DNA of 64,000 bases from positions 3,534,001-3,598,000 of the forward strand of contig JBHGNT010000002.1 in assembly GCA_043228905.1 (NCBI GenBank). Direction: 5' to 3'. Origin of the DNA: Azolla caroliniana (lineage: Eukaryota > Plantae > Polypodiophyta). Positions 35,554-47,215 of the stretch are shown here, one piece after another. A model generated the notes under the pieces. The model was not told where the DNA came from. It saw nothing but the letters and a program-made list of their open reading frames with translations, and did not search any database. The number at the start of each line of letters is the position of its first letter. The first letter of the stretch is position 1. The position numbers and the translations under genes were made by a program.

Positions 35554-38500
35554 TGTCGTGAAAAAAACCGGCCATAGGCGGAATCAGAGAGAAAGCGCGT
35601 AAACCGGCCCTTACACGGATGGACGCGTGACTTGATATTTTGTACACGAACCGGTGGATGTAAATACTAAATCGCACGCATTTATTAGAGGGGGATTGTG
35701 CGTATCCCTGTCAGAGGGACAGGGAATAAAGCGAATGGACAGGAGAAAAAGAAGGAGAGGGGGGAAGAAAAGGGGGGGGGGGGGGGATCGCGCATGAGGG
35801 AGGGGGAAGCGCGATTGTAGAATCGAGGGCGGAGCTCTCTCTCTCTTCTCCTCCAGCTGTCGTTCTCTGCGGGCGTCAGGAGTTCACTACCTCTGCTTCG
35901 GGGACAGCCCGTGTGCTTCTAGCAGAGTCTCTCCTTTCCCCCCTTTGTTTTTGGGAGTCGTGTGACTGTCGTCGGTGTGCGTGAGTAGGGTCCCCGTGTC
36001 GGGTCCGTCGCCGCCTTGTCGGTTGTAACCGTCGGAGTTTGTAATCTCTTGTCATTGTAATTAAGTGTTACGTTCTATATCTCTCTTTCTCACTTCTACG
36101 TGTCTATGAATCTCTCTCTTTGTCTCTCTCTCTCACTCCTCGGTCCAAGACCCCCGTGGTCCCGCCCCTTTCTACACGTACGCGCGTAACAACGCGACAT
36201 ATTTGGTGAACCCGACGTGAAAGGGCGGCAAAGGAGTCGAAAGATGAGGGGATCGGAGCTAGCAGAGGCAATGGCGTTGGCCGTCGACCGGCTGGTGAGC
36301 GCTCGTGAGGGAACGGGTACCCTCGACAGAGCCATTGAATCGATCGTCGGCTCTGTAGGCCGTTTCCGAGGGAAAGACGCCACAAGTTATTTGGAGGCTT
36401 ACCGGGCCGGAATGATCATGAGGCATATCCCAGTGGATAGGTGGTTGTCCGGATTCGGGTGGTGACGCCGGGCATCTATGCGGAGGTGCTCGAGGTGCTG
36501 GCCGGATGCCAGACTTGGGAGGAGTTCGAGCTGCAGCTCCTCGAGAAGTACGGGTTTGACGACTCGCTCCGGCTGTCGAGGCGGGACTTCATGGCGTGGG
36601 TGGAAAGCCCCGGAAAAGGGAGGAACACGTCGGTGCTCCTCCAGGAGTTCGAAAAATGGTTCGCGCGGTTGTCGACGATGGACCGGACGGTGCTCGAAAC
36701 AAGTCGAGTATTGCTGTTTGTCAAGTCGGTGGATGCGCTCGACAGGGTAAAGGTGGGCCCCCTATTGGAAACGGACGAAGGGATCACGACGGACTGGGCT
36801 GTGGTAAAACGGGTCTGCAGCCGTTTCGACAAACGGCACGATTGGAGCGACGGAAGCACGTCGGGGTCGGGGCCGGTCCCGGGGAGGAGGCTCAAGGAGC
36901 CGGTTTCGGTGCCGGCTGGGAGGAAGGAAGAGACCCGAATCTGGCCGGAGTCGGGGTCGGCATCAAACGACGTGGTCAGAGGCCCATCCGGAGGAGCGGC
37001 TCTGGAGGAGCTAACACAGATGGTGCGCGACCTGCACATCGCACAGGCCCAGAGAGACAACGGTGAACAACCTCGCGACCGGAGGCCACCGTCTGGGCAG
37101 CGGTGCATGTGGTGTGACACGATTGGCTACATTCGGAAGGATTGCATGGATTTCGCCGACATGCTCAAGACCAACGTGGTGTACCTCTGAAACGGGCGGG
37201 TGCACGCGAGCGAGACCCGGAGAGCCCTAGAACTGAATACGGGGCGCGACGGAATGAAGAGGTTGATGGAAGAGGCTGCGGCACGGCACGTCGAAGCCGT
37301 CAACTACTCGGTGTCGGCGAGAATTCGGGTCGGGGGTGATGAGACCCGGAAGGCGAAGGACTCCGGATTCTGGCCGCTAGTGCTAGAAGGCCTCTCCGGA
37401 GTTCCGCTGAGGAGGGAATAGCGGGTCCAGGAGGTCACCGGTTGGGAGGATCCGGTCGAAGAGAAAACGGGCTTCATAGAAGCTGCTTGCCAGAACTACG
37501 AGGTTCTGGTGGAGGACAAATGGGCAGGAAAGGGCGGAGGGGTCGGCTCCCCGAGGTATGAGACCCGGTTCGGACCGAAACCGACCGGTGCCGGCAACCC
37601 AGGCGCGCCGGACGGAAAGAAGCAGGTGGGGTTTCGGTTGAGCACCGAGATCGAAAGGACCACAGACCTGTGAAAGGTCCTGGAGGAACGTATCCTCGAC
37701 AACAAAGTGGAGTTGTCATTGCGGGAGGTGCTGGGAATCGCCAAGAGGGAGTTCCACGACTCTATCGTAGTCTTGGTGAAGCGCAAGAGGCTCTTGACAG
37801 AGCTAGAACCGAAGATGCCGGTGGAGGTGCGGACCACGCACCTGGAAGATGAAGCCCTGGAAGACGAGCTAGCGGGAAGCCACTACACGAAGCCGCATTG
37901 GGCCAGGGCGACTACGGAAACCCCTATACGGATCGGCAACGTTCTGGAACTAGTGGTGGCGTTGGTAGACCATGGATCCGAAATCAACCTGATGTCCATG
38001 GATTTCTACAAGAAGGGTAAATGGCCGATCAACACCAAGCATGGCTGGAAGATACGAGCAGCGACGCGCGCCACGGAAGAACTACATGGGGCTTGTCCGA
38101 ACGTATGGGTGAAAATCGGCGATGTCGAGATCGACCAACACTTCTTTGTGCAGGAGACGTCCTCGCATCCGGTTATACTAGGAGAGCCATATATCACGAC
38201 AGCACGGATGGAGACCAAGGTGCTGGACAACGGTTCAACCTATGCAAGAGCCAAGAGCCAAGACGGGCGTCACTCGGTCCAATTCCTAACGGTGCGACCC
38301 AACCACGAGCGTAACCGCGAGGCCCTCGGCAGCGAAACCTAAGGGGATTTTTAGAGAGGGCTATCAAGGCGTGGGGCCACGATAGTCCGGACACCCGGGA
38401 ACAACCCCACAAATGTACAGTACGGAAGAAGACTTGTATCATGGGTAGGAAGTTTTGGTTCTCTGACAACGGAGGTTGTACTATAACCGGCGTCAGCGAC

Positions 38501-40157
38501 CGAGAGAGGAAGCGAGCGGAGGAGCGGCTCAAAGGATGCGGAGTCCTCGACCCGACGAAGACATCAGTGGCGCCGTGGAGGCGGTCTCTTTTGACGACAC
38601 CTTGGGCAAACTACGAAAGGTGATCGATGAAGACCTTAGAGAAGACCGGACCGTTCCGGTAGGATCGGTGGGAATGTACGAAGTCATCGCGGACTTCGGG
38701 GAAAGGATCGGGTCGGATCGGACAGCCCGCGTGGATACAAAGTACAAGACGGTGGACCGGAAGGTGAGGCCAGTCGCGGAACCCTTGCCGGAGGGCAGCG
38801 AGGGGCGGATAAAAGGGGTCGCGTCGGACCCAAGTTTATGGAATCCGGCCGACATAGGGCACCGGTTCACCGACATAACGCTACGGGAGCTCAAGGTCGG
38901 TGGGGACGGCTTCCTACTGCCGGCGGAGGAGGACCGGTTTCGGAGAATGCTCGGGAGGCACGGGAAGGCTTTCGCATTCTCACCGAAGGAGATCGGGTGC
39001 ATAGACCCGACAGTTGTCGAACTGATGGTGATCTTCACGGTACCGCATGTACCGTGGAATCTCAAGCCGATTCCGGTGCCAAGAGCTCACATCCCGAAGT
39101 TGATGGAGCTCCTAAAGCAAAAGGTGGGGATGGGCATCCTCGAACCGTCGAGTGCCCCGTATTTGAATCGGTGGTTTACGGTGCCGAAGAAGAACGGCAC
39201 GCTGCGCTTCATCCAGGACCTACGACCGGTCAACAAGGTGACCATCCGTAATGCAGGGATCAGACCGACCATAGACGAGTTCGCGAAGGCCTTCGTTGGA
39301 AGGTCGATCTATTCTGTCGGTGATCTGTACTCAGGGTACGATCAGTTCCAACTAGCCGTGGAAAGCAGAGACATTACGACGATGCAGACTCCTCTCGTCC
39401 TAGTGCGGATGTGTACCCTGCCACAAGGAGGGACGAACTCAGTGGCTCACATGGTGAACGCGATGAACAAAGTGCTCAGGGATTGTATCCCGGACATCAC
39501 CATGCCATTCTTAGACGAAATCCCGATCAAGGGATGCCCGGTGGAGAAAAGGGACGAGGCAATCGGGCCGGACGGATGTTGGAATTTTGTGGCGTCCCAC
39601 ATCGATGACTGCGAGAAGGTGCTGCAGAGACTAGAGCGCGCGAGGCTCACCTTCTCCGGGGAAAAGTCGGCCTTCAGACAGTCGGAGATCTTGGTGGTCG
39701 GACACCTGTGCGGGCCTTACGGTAGGAAACCGTCTCCAGCAAAGGTAGAGGCCATCTCCGCGATGAGGAACGATTGCGGGTCGGTCACGGAGGTCTGCAG
39801 ATTCTTGGGGGCATGCGCATTCTACCACATCTGGATCCCGCACTACGCACATGTCGCGGAACCCCTCTACGGACTATTGAAAAAGGGGCGTAGCTTTGAG
39901 TGGAGGACGGAGCACACGGAGTCGGTTCGGAGATAAAGGAGGCGCTTACGGCAGCAGCGGCTCTCCGTAAAGCGGTTTACAACAAGGATGTTCCCATCTG
40001 CGTAACGGTGGACACCAACCCGACCGGGATCGGGTGGGTAATCAGTCAGGAGGGTTTACGTGTCTGTGAATCTCTCTCTGTCTCTCTGTCTCGCTCCTCG
40101 GTCCAAGACCCCCATGGTCCCGCCCCTTTCTACACGTACGCGCGTAACAACGCGACA
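35554..40157 (+). mobile_element. Nested Ty3/gypsy element: 5' LTR 35554-36199, Trp PBS 36204-36220, gag-PR-RT; deleted from RH to the last ~100 bp of the 3' LTR
   Basis: Motifs CMWCDTIGYIRKDC, LVDHGSEIN and FLDEIPIKG. Segment 40057-40157 matches the 5' LTR end. TSD ACAG/ACGG. Confidence 0.92.
38345..38410 (+). promoter_or_regulatory. Candidate -1 frameshift signal (G GAT TTT TAG plus GGGCTATC/GATAGTCC stem; loop GTGGGG can pair with CCCCAC)
   Basis: Same position and architecture as 20554. The -1 frame is open into ORF 38441. Confidence 0.7.
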
Positions 40158-41538
40158 ACGGGAAGGTAGAGCACGGGCACAGACCGATCGTGAAGGCATT
40201 GGTGCGGGCTTGTGAAGGAGAAGTCAGGAAATGGTTGCGGCTCCTACCTTACGCGTTGTGGGCGGACCGAACTACGCATAGTTCGGTAACCGGGTTCATG
40301 TTGGCCGAGCTAATGTATGGGCAGAAGCCAGTTATGCCGATGGAGCGGACCATCTCCTCATGGGCTGCAATGGACTGGAGAGACAAGATGAGCCGAGAAG
40401 AGCTATTGGCGACGTGGATTTGCCAGCTCGGGCGAAGGCCGGAGGATGTGGACCGGGCGAAGATGAAGCTACACGCAACGAGGGTCAAGAATAAAGGCCG
40501 GTTCGACTGAAAGCATCGGCTACGACCGAAGAGGATCGAGGAAGGCGACTAGGTGCTGGTTTACAACAACAGCCTCGACAATCAGCACAAGGCAATGTGT
40601 AAGTTCGCGAGAAGGTGGTTCGGGCCCTACGTCGTAACGAGCATGAACAACAACGGCACCTACCACCTCGCAGAGCGCGACAGAACGCGGATAGCAGTAC
40701 CGGTAGCCGGTAAGAGGGTCAATGCGTTCAAGAAACGACATGAAGACGAGTCGAACCCGGTAAGTACGGACAACGAGGACGACGAACTGGAAAGTGACGG
40801 GTGAAACGAGCCGTTTTTCTTTGGTATTTGTCTCTCTTAGCACATACCGGTGGATGCGCGGTTTGGTGGGGGTGGATGTCGTGGAGAAAACCGGCCTAAA
40901 GAGGAATTAAGGGATAAAGAGCGTGAACCGTCCCCTTTACACGAGGACACATACATTTATAACTTTGTACATGACTAGGAGTAGGTCGACGCGGTATAAA
41001 TATACTAGGAAGAATCTATTTATTAGGGAGAAAAACGAAGTGTATCTCTGCCCAAAGGGACAGAGAATAAAGAGGATAAAAGCATGATGTGATAGTCGCT
41101 CTTGGGCACCCTATAAAAGGGAGGGGAGAAGGTTGAAACGAGGGCTACGCGTTTTGAGGTAAAGGAGTTGCTGTCGGATTGGGAACCGAGCATTTGTTTT
41201 CTATTTTCCTGTTTTTTTTTTCGGATTTCTGTTTCTTGTTTCCCGATCTCAGGATTTTGTTTTCTTGGACGCACAAACGTCTCTATTTGCGTAGGAAGCC
41301 CAAGTGCTCTCGATAGAGGCCCTCTTGCGTCACAACTGTGGAGTGCGTCTGTTGGTAACTGAGCTCGTAGCTCATTCCCGGTTGAGCCAGTTGTAATTGC
41401 CTTGTTAATATAATTTGTTTTAGTACTCCACGTGTCCTGATTTCTTTCTCTCATCTCCCTTCTTGCATTCCTCGGTCCAAGGCCTCCACAATCTCGCCTA
41501 CGTTTTCTTCGCATCTACGCGAACTATCACGACACCGT

Positions 41539-44500
41539 TGTCGTGAAGAATTTCGGCCAGAGGCGGAAACCGGGAAACATTGGCTACATCGGTGGGGTGC
41601 AGCGTATGTACGCACCCATGTACATTTAGTGTGAATATCGAGGGCGCCTTTATGGCGCCGAAGAGTAGTCAAGTCGGGACAGACGATCCCATGTAACTCG
41701 GGATTTATCCCACATTGTAACGCATCCCTCTTCTTGTTCTATAAAAGGAAGGGAACGCCCTTTGTGAAAGGGTTGCCCATTTTGCATTAGAGGGTATACC
41801 ATTATTCTAGGGTTAGTGTTTCTTCTTCTTCTTCTTCTTCCCCTTCGTGTTTGCTTAGGGTTTGCTTGGGTTCGGCCTCCTGTGCAAGACCCCGCTCGGC
41901 GCGACGAGCTGAGAGCTCCCCGACCGGCGGCTTGGCAGCTGACGACTATTGTAACCTACCTTGGTCCGGCTCGAAGCTGGGAATGTATTCTTCTGTTTAT
42001 ATATATAGATTTGCGTCTGTCTGTGTATATTCGCGTCTCTGTTGGTGTCGGGTGCTTCCCCTTTTCTGCGTTTCCTGTACATAAGGGCGTGAGTCGGGTC
42101 GGCATGTGTGTGTGTGCGTGTGTGTTCATGAGTCGGTGTTAAGCGCGCGCTCCCTCTCTTTCTCTCTCTCCCTTCGATCGCTTCCGGTGTTCTTTTGGGA
42201 TTCCCCGGAAACGGTGAAGCACGACTTCCTACGCTCCGTCACTACCTGGTCCAAGACCCCTATGGTCCCGCCTTTCTCCACGCACACGCGTAACAACGCG
42301 GCATATTTGGTGAACCCGACGTGAAAGGCGGCAAGGGAGGATGGAGTCGTAAGACGACGACCTTACGGAGATGGTGGCCGAAGTGGTGTTGGAGTCAGCG
42401 CGAGTGGTGATGAGGCGAGAAGCAGCGCAACAAGCGGTTGAGCGAGTGGTCGAAAGAGTCGGACATTTCAACGGGGACAAAGTCCCATCTTACTTGGAAG
42501 CCTACAACGCGGAAATGGAGGAGCGTGGTGTAGACGAGGCGTTGAGGCTAGAGTTCTTCAGTCGGGTCGTGGCTGTCCGGATGCATGCGGAAATAAAGGA
42601 GCTCCGTGAGGCTCATAGTTCGTGGGAGGCCTTCGAAGAGGCGCTCCTGAAGGCATACGGAGGACGGCGGAAGAGCCGGGGACAACACGACTTTGACCAG
42701 TGGGTAGCATCGGCAAAGACCCACCGCGGCACGGCCAAGGCGTTTCGAGAGTTCGAGCGGCGGCTTGCTCGGCTCCTGGAGCGGGAACAAGGTTTGGTGG
42801 GGGCGGACAAGGTCCTATTGTTCGTCAGGTCGATTGACCGAGCGGAACGGGAGGCCATCGGGATTGAGCTTGAAGACGATGATGGAGCGAATGGGCTTAC
42901 GGAGGACTGGTCGAAGGTCGGAAGGGTGTGCCAACGGCTAGACAACGAGCGAGCCGGGACGTCTAAGAGAAAGGTACGCGACGACGTGCCGTCACAGCGG
43001 GAAGAGGCCAAACGGCAAAGAGATTCGGCAAGGGTCGGCGTTGGGGCCAGGATTGCGGAGGCGTACGCAACTCTCGAGGCGATGCTCGAGGAAGAGGAAA
43101 GATGGAGGCCGCAAGCCGAGAATGAGGAGACGGACTTGCCCCACGCGACGGCGGTAGATCGGTACGAAGGTACCACGGGAGAGGGTGCGGGACGAAACGC
43201 CCTCTCGACTTGCGGAGATAGAACGGCCAAGGACGAGGCCGAGATACAGATCGCGGAACCGGAACGTTGGGACCAGCGGTTTCGGGTGTGTCAGCCCGAG
43301 ATCCCGGTCATTGGAGAAGCAAGCCCAGACGGGGCTTGCGCAATCGGTAAGAAGACGACCGCCGACCACGAAGAGTCGGTGGCTACGGACAAGGGCGTAA
43401 AACGGACGGGCGATTCTTTGTGTCTTCCCACACTTGCTCCCGAGACGATGGCAGTCGGGCCCGAGTGCCCACGTGAGTCCCAAGCGGAGGAAGGCGGCGG
43501 AGAAAGGCCAAGAATCACCGGCGAGATGATACGGGGAAGGAGCGGACGAAAGCCCACGGACTCGATTCCGGAGAACTCGGCATTCGGGCCCATATGGCCA
43601 TGTAAGACCGAGGAGATGGATGGCGATACCGAGGAGTCCTGGCACGATGCCAACGAAGTCGGATGGGAAACGGCCTGCGAGGAGGCCGAGGACAGAAGTG
43701 GCATGAGGAGATCAGCATTCCGATACGGGTGGAGCGTGATCCGGTCGTGGATTGTTCGATCGGGGCCGGATTCGGCATGAAAGTGCCGAAACGGAAGAGG
43801 GTGCGGGACGAGCCACCCTCTTTTACATGGGGAGAAAGACCGACCGGGCGAAGGTCGAAATTTGGAAGGAGAATGAAAGCCGGTCCTATGGGATTCCTTA
43901 CACCGATCCGGCTGCAAGCCCGAGTGTCGGCGTAAGTCCTATACGAGAGATCGGTGGCGACAGGAGAACAGGACCCGGCAATCCGAAGAAGGACGAACGG
44001 ACCCGGACGAGAACCGGGCGGAGCGGACTCCCGGATGACCATTCCGGGAGGGAGGAAGAGAGCAGGCCTACGAAGAGGCCGAGGACACGGTACGTCGGTA
44101 CCACGGGAGAGGGTGCGGAGTAAACCGCCCTCTCGGCATGTGGAAAGGGACGACTCGGGACAGGGTCGGGAAGACAAATCGGAGGCCTACGGAGGATCCT
44201 TCACACCGGTTCTAGAGACTTCGGCAGTCGGCAACGCGGTCGACGTAAGACCAAGATACTGACGGTGGAGGCGAGGTGACGAAGGCAAGGGCTACAAATC
44301 GGAGGCCTACGGAGGATCCTTCACACCGGTTCTAGAGACTTCAGCACTCGGCAACGCGGTCGACGTAAGACCAAGATACTGACGGTGGCGGCGAGGTGAC
44401 GAAGGCCAAAGGGCGTAAGGAAGTCCGGTCCTACGGGATCCCCACACTTAACCAGAGACTCCGGCAGTTCGGCCAACGTGGCAACATGAGACCGAGAGAG

Positions 44501-46428
44501 AAGGCTGGTGGCGGCGGGAAACGAGACCCGGCTACGCGGAAGACACGAGGAGAGTCCGGGAGGGACTCAAACAAAAGATACCCGAATTTTGGCCAGCATA
44601 GAAACGGAGTCCGGTCCTATGGGACCCTCACACCGATCCGGAGACCCCGGCAGTTCGGCCAACGTGGCAATGTGAGACCTAGGGAGAAGGATGGTGGCGG
44701 CAGGGAACGGGACCCGACAACATGAGGTAGCGGATAGGGAGCCGGTAAGACGGGCGGACGAAGTGCGAAACCCTCACCGGCCGGTTACGGTCTTGGAAGT
44801 AGCCGGTAGGGCGAACACGAGGAGGTGTGTCAGGCCGGAAAGGCACGCTTGGGACGGAACAAGAGTCTCGCAAGTGGCCATCGCGGGCCGTATCAAAGCG
44901 TGACTACGGGACAGTGTTCGGCACGGGTGGTGCCAAACAAAGGAAGCGGAAGACTCAGGACCTATCGCTGCAGCACGAAGACGGGAAGGGCCAAGCGGGC
45001 TACTACGGGGTGTTCCTCGGATGCAAAGGACGCCGGTATGCGGGTGAGCGGCGATGCACGATCTGGCCGGAAAGGGGGCCGACAAGGAGTGCAACACAGG
45101 TAGTGCCAAACAATGGACGAGGGTATGTGACACACGGAGGTGCTGGAGCGGAAAGGCGAGCGCGGAGATAGGTTGCGCGGTTCAGAGGTAGCGCGGAGAA
45201 GGCCGGAAAGGGATCCTCCACACCGTTCCGGAGACCATGGCGGTTCGAGCCGACGAGGCGATGTAAGACCATGGAGAAGGAAGGTGGCGGCGAGAGGACG
45301 AGGGCAACGCGAAACGACATGGGACGGCAATCAGGACGACGTGAATGATCAACGGAGGCCAAGCGGGCCACTACGGGCATGCCTCAAGCGGAGGACATCG
45401 GGCCTAGGGCGGGAAGCAGGGCGTTCATACGGCCGAACAAGGGCCAGCGAAAGTACGCATACTACGGAGATCGCGGCAGAGGACCTATCGACGGGTCGAA
45501 CGAGCCTACGGGGAGGTAAGCGCGAAGGAAGAATCGAAGCCGACGGTTCAAACCGGCAGCGAGCCGGGATGCCGATCACGGAAGACCGGTTTCTCGCCGG
45601 CCGAAATCTCTCGCCCTTCAACCAGATTTGGCACATACCGGTGGACGTGCAGTTAGGTGGGGGCGGATGTCGTGAAGAATTTCGGCCAGAGGCGGAAACC
45701 GGGAAACATTGGCTACATCGGCAGGGTGCAGCGTGTGTACGCACCCATGTACATTTAGTGTGAATATCGAGGGCGCCTTTATGGCGCCGAAGAGTAGTCA
45801 AGTCAGGACAGACAATCCCATGTAAGTCGGGATTTATCCCACATTGTAACGCATCCCTCTCCTTGTTCTATAAAAGGAAGGGAACGCCCTTTGTGAAAGG
45901 GTTGCCCATTTTGCATTAGAGGGTATACCGTTAGTCTAGGGTTAGTGTTTCTTCTTCTTCTTCTTCCCCTTCGTGTTTGCTTAGGGTTTGCTTGGGTTCG
46001 GCCTCCTGTGCAAGACCTGCTCGGCGCGACGAGCTGAGAGCTCCCCGACCGGCGGCTTGGCAGCTGACGACTATTGTAACCTACCTTGGTCCGGCTCGAA
46101 GCTGGGAATGTATTCTTCTGTTTATATATATAGATTTGCGTCTGTCTGTGTATATTCGCGTCTCTGTTGGTGTCGAGTGCTTCCCCTTTTCTGCGTTTCC
46201 TGTACATAAGGGCGTGAGTCGGGTCGGCATTTGTGTGTGTGCGTGTGTGTGCGTGAGTCGGTGTTAAGCGCGCGCTCCCTCTCTTTCTCTCTCTCCCTTC
46301 GGTCGCTTCCGGTGTTCTTCTGGGATTCCCCCGAAACGGTGAAGCACGACTTCCTACGCTCCGTCACTCCCTGGTCGAAGAACCCTGTGGTCCCGCCTAT
46401 CTCCACGCATGTGCGTAGCAACGCGACA
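41539..46428 (+). mobile_element. Structurally complete gag-only non-autonomous LTR element (LTRs 41539-42303 and 45668-46428; Trp PBS 42308-42324; PPT)
   Basis: The ~760-bp LTRs are near-identical and the TSD is CCGT/CTGT. The N-terminus of ORF 42371-43780 is homologous to neighbouring gags (GHFNGDKVPSYLEAYNAEM, KVLLFVRSID). No PR, RT or INT motifs were seen. Confidence 0.9.
42371..43780 (+). CDS. Gag-like protein with an acidic, low-complexity C-terminal extension
   Basis: 469-aa ORF with a gag-like first ~190 aa and no Zn knuckle seen. Confidence 0.75.
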   Translation: MVAEVVLESARVVMRREAAQQAVERVVERVGHFNGDKVPSYLEAYNAEMEERGVDEALRLEFFSRVVAVRMHAEIKELREAHSSWEAFEEALLKAYGGRRKSRGQHDFDQWVASAKTHRGTAKAFREFERRLARLLEREQGLVGADKVLLFVRSIDRAEREAIGIELEDDDGANGLTEDWSKVGRVCQRLDNERAGTSKRKVRDDVPSQREEAKRQRDSARVGVGARIAEAYATLEAMLEEEERWRPQAENEETDLPHATAVDRYEGTTGEGAGRNALSTCGDRTAKDEAEIQIAEPERWDQRFRVCQPEIPVIGEASPDGACAIGKKTTADHEESVATDKGVKRTGDSLCLPTLAPETMAVGPECPRESQAEEGGGERPRITGEMIRGRSGRKPTDSIPENSAFGPIWPCKTEEMDGDTEESWHDANEVGWETACEEAEDRSGMRRSAFRYGWSVIRSWIVRSGPDSA

Positions 46429-46536
46429 CTGTCCGTTTACTATACGGTCGATGGCTGCCGCCATCACTTCTACTAGTTCGCTTCCTCTCATTTCGAACTC
46501 CTCTGCCGCCCCCTTTCACCTCAGATTCACCAAAGA

Positions 46537-47082
46537 TGTCCCGGAAATTCACGTGCGCGTGTAGAAATGGGGCGGGACTACTGGGGTCTCTTACCAAGGA
46601 GTCGGTAAAGGAGAAAGCGACCCGGAACGATGTCCAGATGGCTTCGTTGGTTCGGTTTTCGAACGCATGTCCGATCCGGAAGGATTCCCGGATATTAGCC
46701 AGTTAGCGCACGGGCCTAAAGAAGTGTATTGTTCCGGTCAGAATGCCAGACAATAGTAATGAGCTCAGGGGCCCACGGACTCGGACACGTACACAACAAA
46801 GATAGAACAGGAATAAGAGCATGATCCTGGGTCAGAGCGAACCGTAGCAAGTAGGAACTACGCGGGAATACCCAACACAAGAAGAGACACAACAAAACAC
46901 TAATGATTAACAAAGAAAAAAAGAATACAACCGGACTTGGCCGACAATGATGCTCCTAACTACTAACACCCACTAAACGATGAACCTCTGGTCGGGAGCT
47001 CATAGGCTTCCTGCACGAGTTGTGCCTTCCCCTTCTTCCCTGGATCAACACGAAACACACACAAGAAAAACAGAGAGCGAGG

Positions 47083-47125
<43 letters not shown>

Positions 47126-47215
47126 CAAACTCAAACACTCAAACCGACAGCTCTTCGTCCTCCAAACCCTAAACCCTAAACCCTTGGCCAGTTTCAAGGC
47201 CCTCTTCGCCAATTC
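46537..47215 (-). mobile_element. Partial gypsy LTR (U5 end at 46537), reverse orientation
   Basis: The reverse complement ends GAGACCCCAGTAGTCCCGCCCCATTTCTACACGCG…GGGACA (the shared U5 motif). A (CT)n tract resembles the LTR at 25023. Confidence 0.65.

Larger units (their letters stand above)
32967..41534 (+). mobile_element. Ty3/gypsy (tRNA-Trp group) 3' part: pol 32967-35553 and 40158-40804, PPT, 3' LTR 40877-41534
   Basis: RT motif FLDDMPIKG, RH motif TVDTSPTGIGW, INT HHCC. The ANGK codons are restored when 35554-40157 is removed. PPT TTTGGTGGGGGTGGA, then TGTCGTG…CACGACA. Confidence 0.9.

Noticed and set aside
42548-45801. Many overlapping ORFs in the gag-only element
   Set aside because: GC-rich sequence has few stops, and no domain motifs were seen apart from gag.
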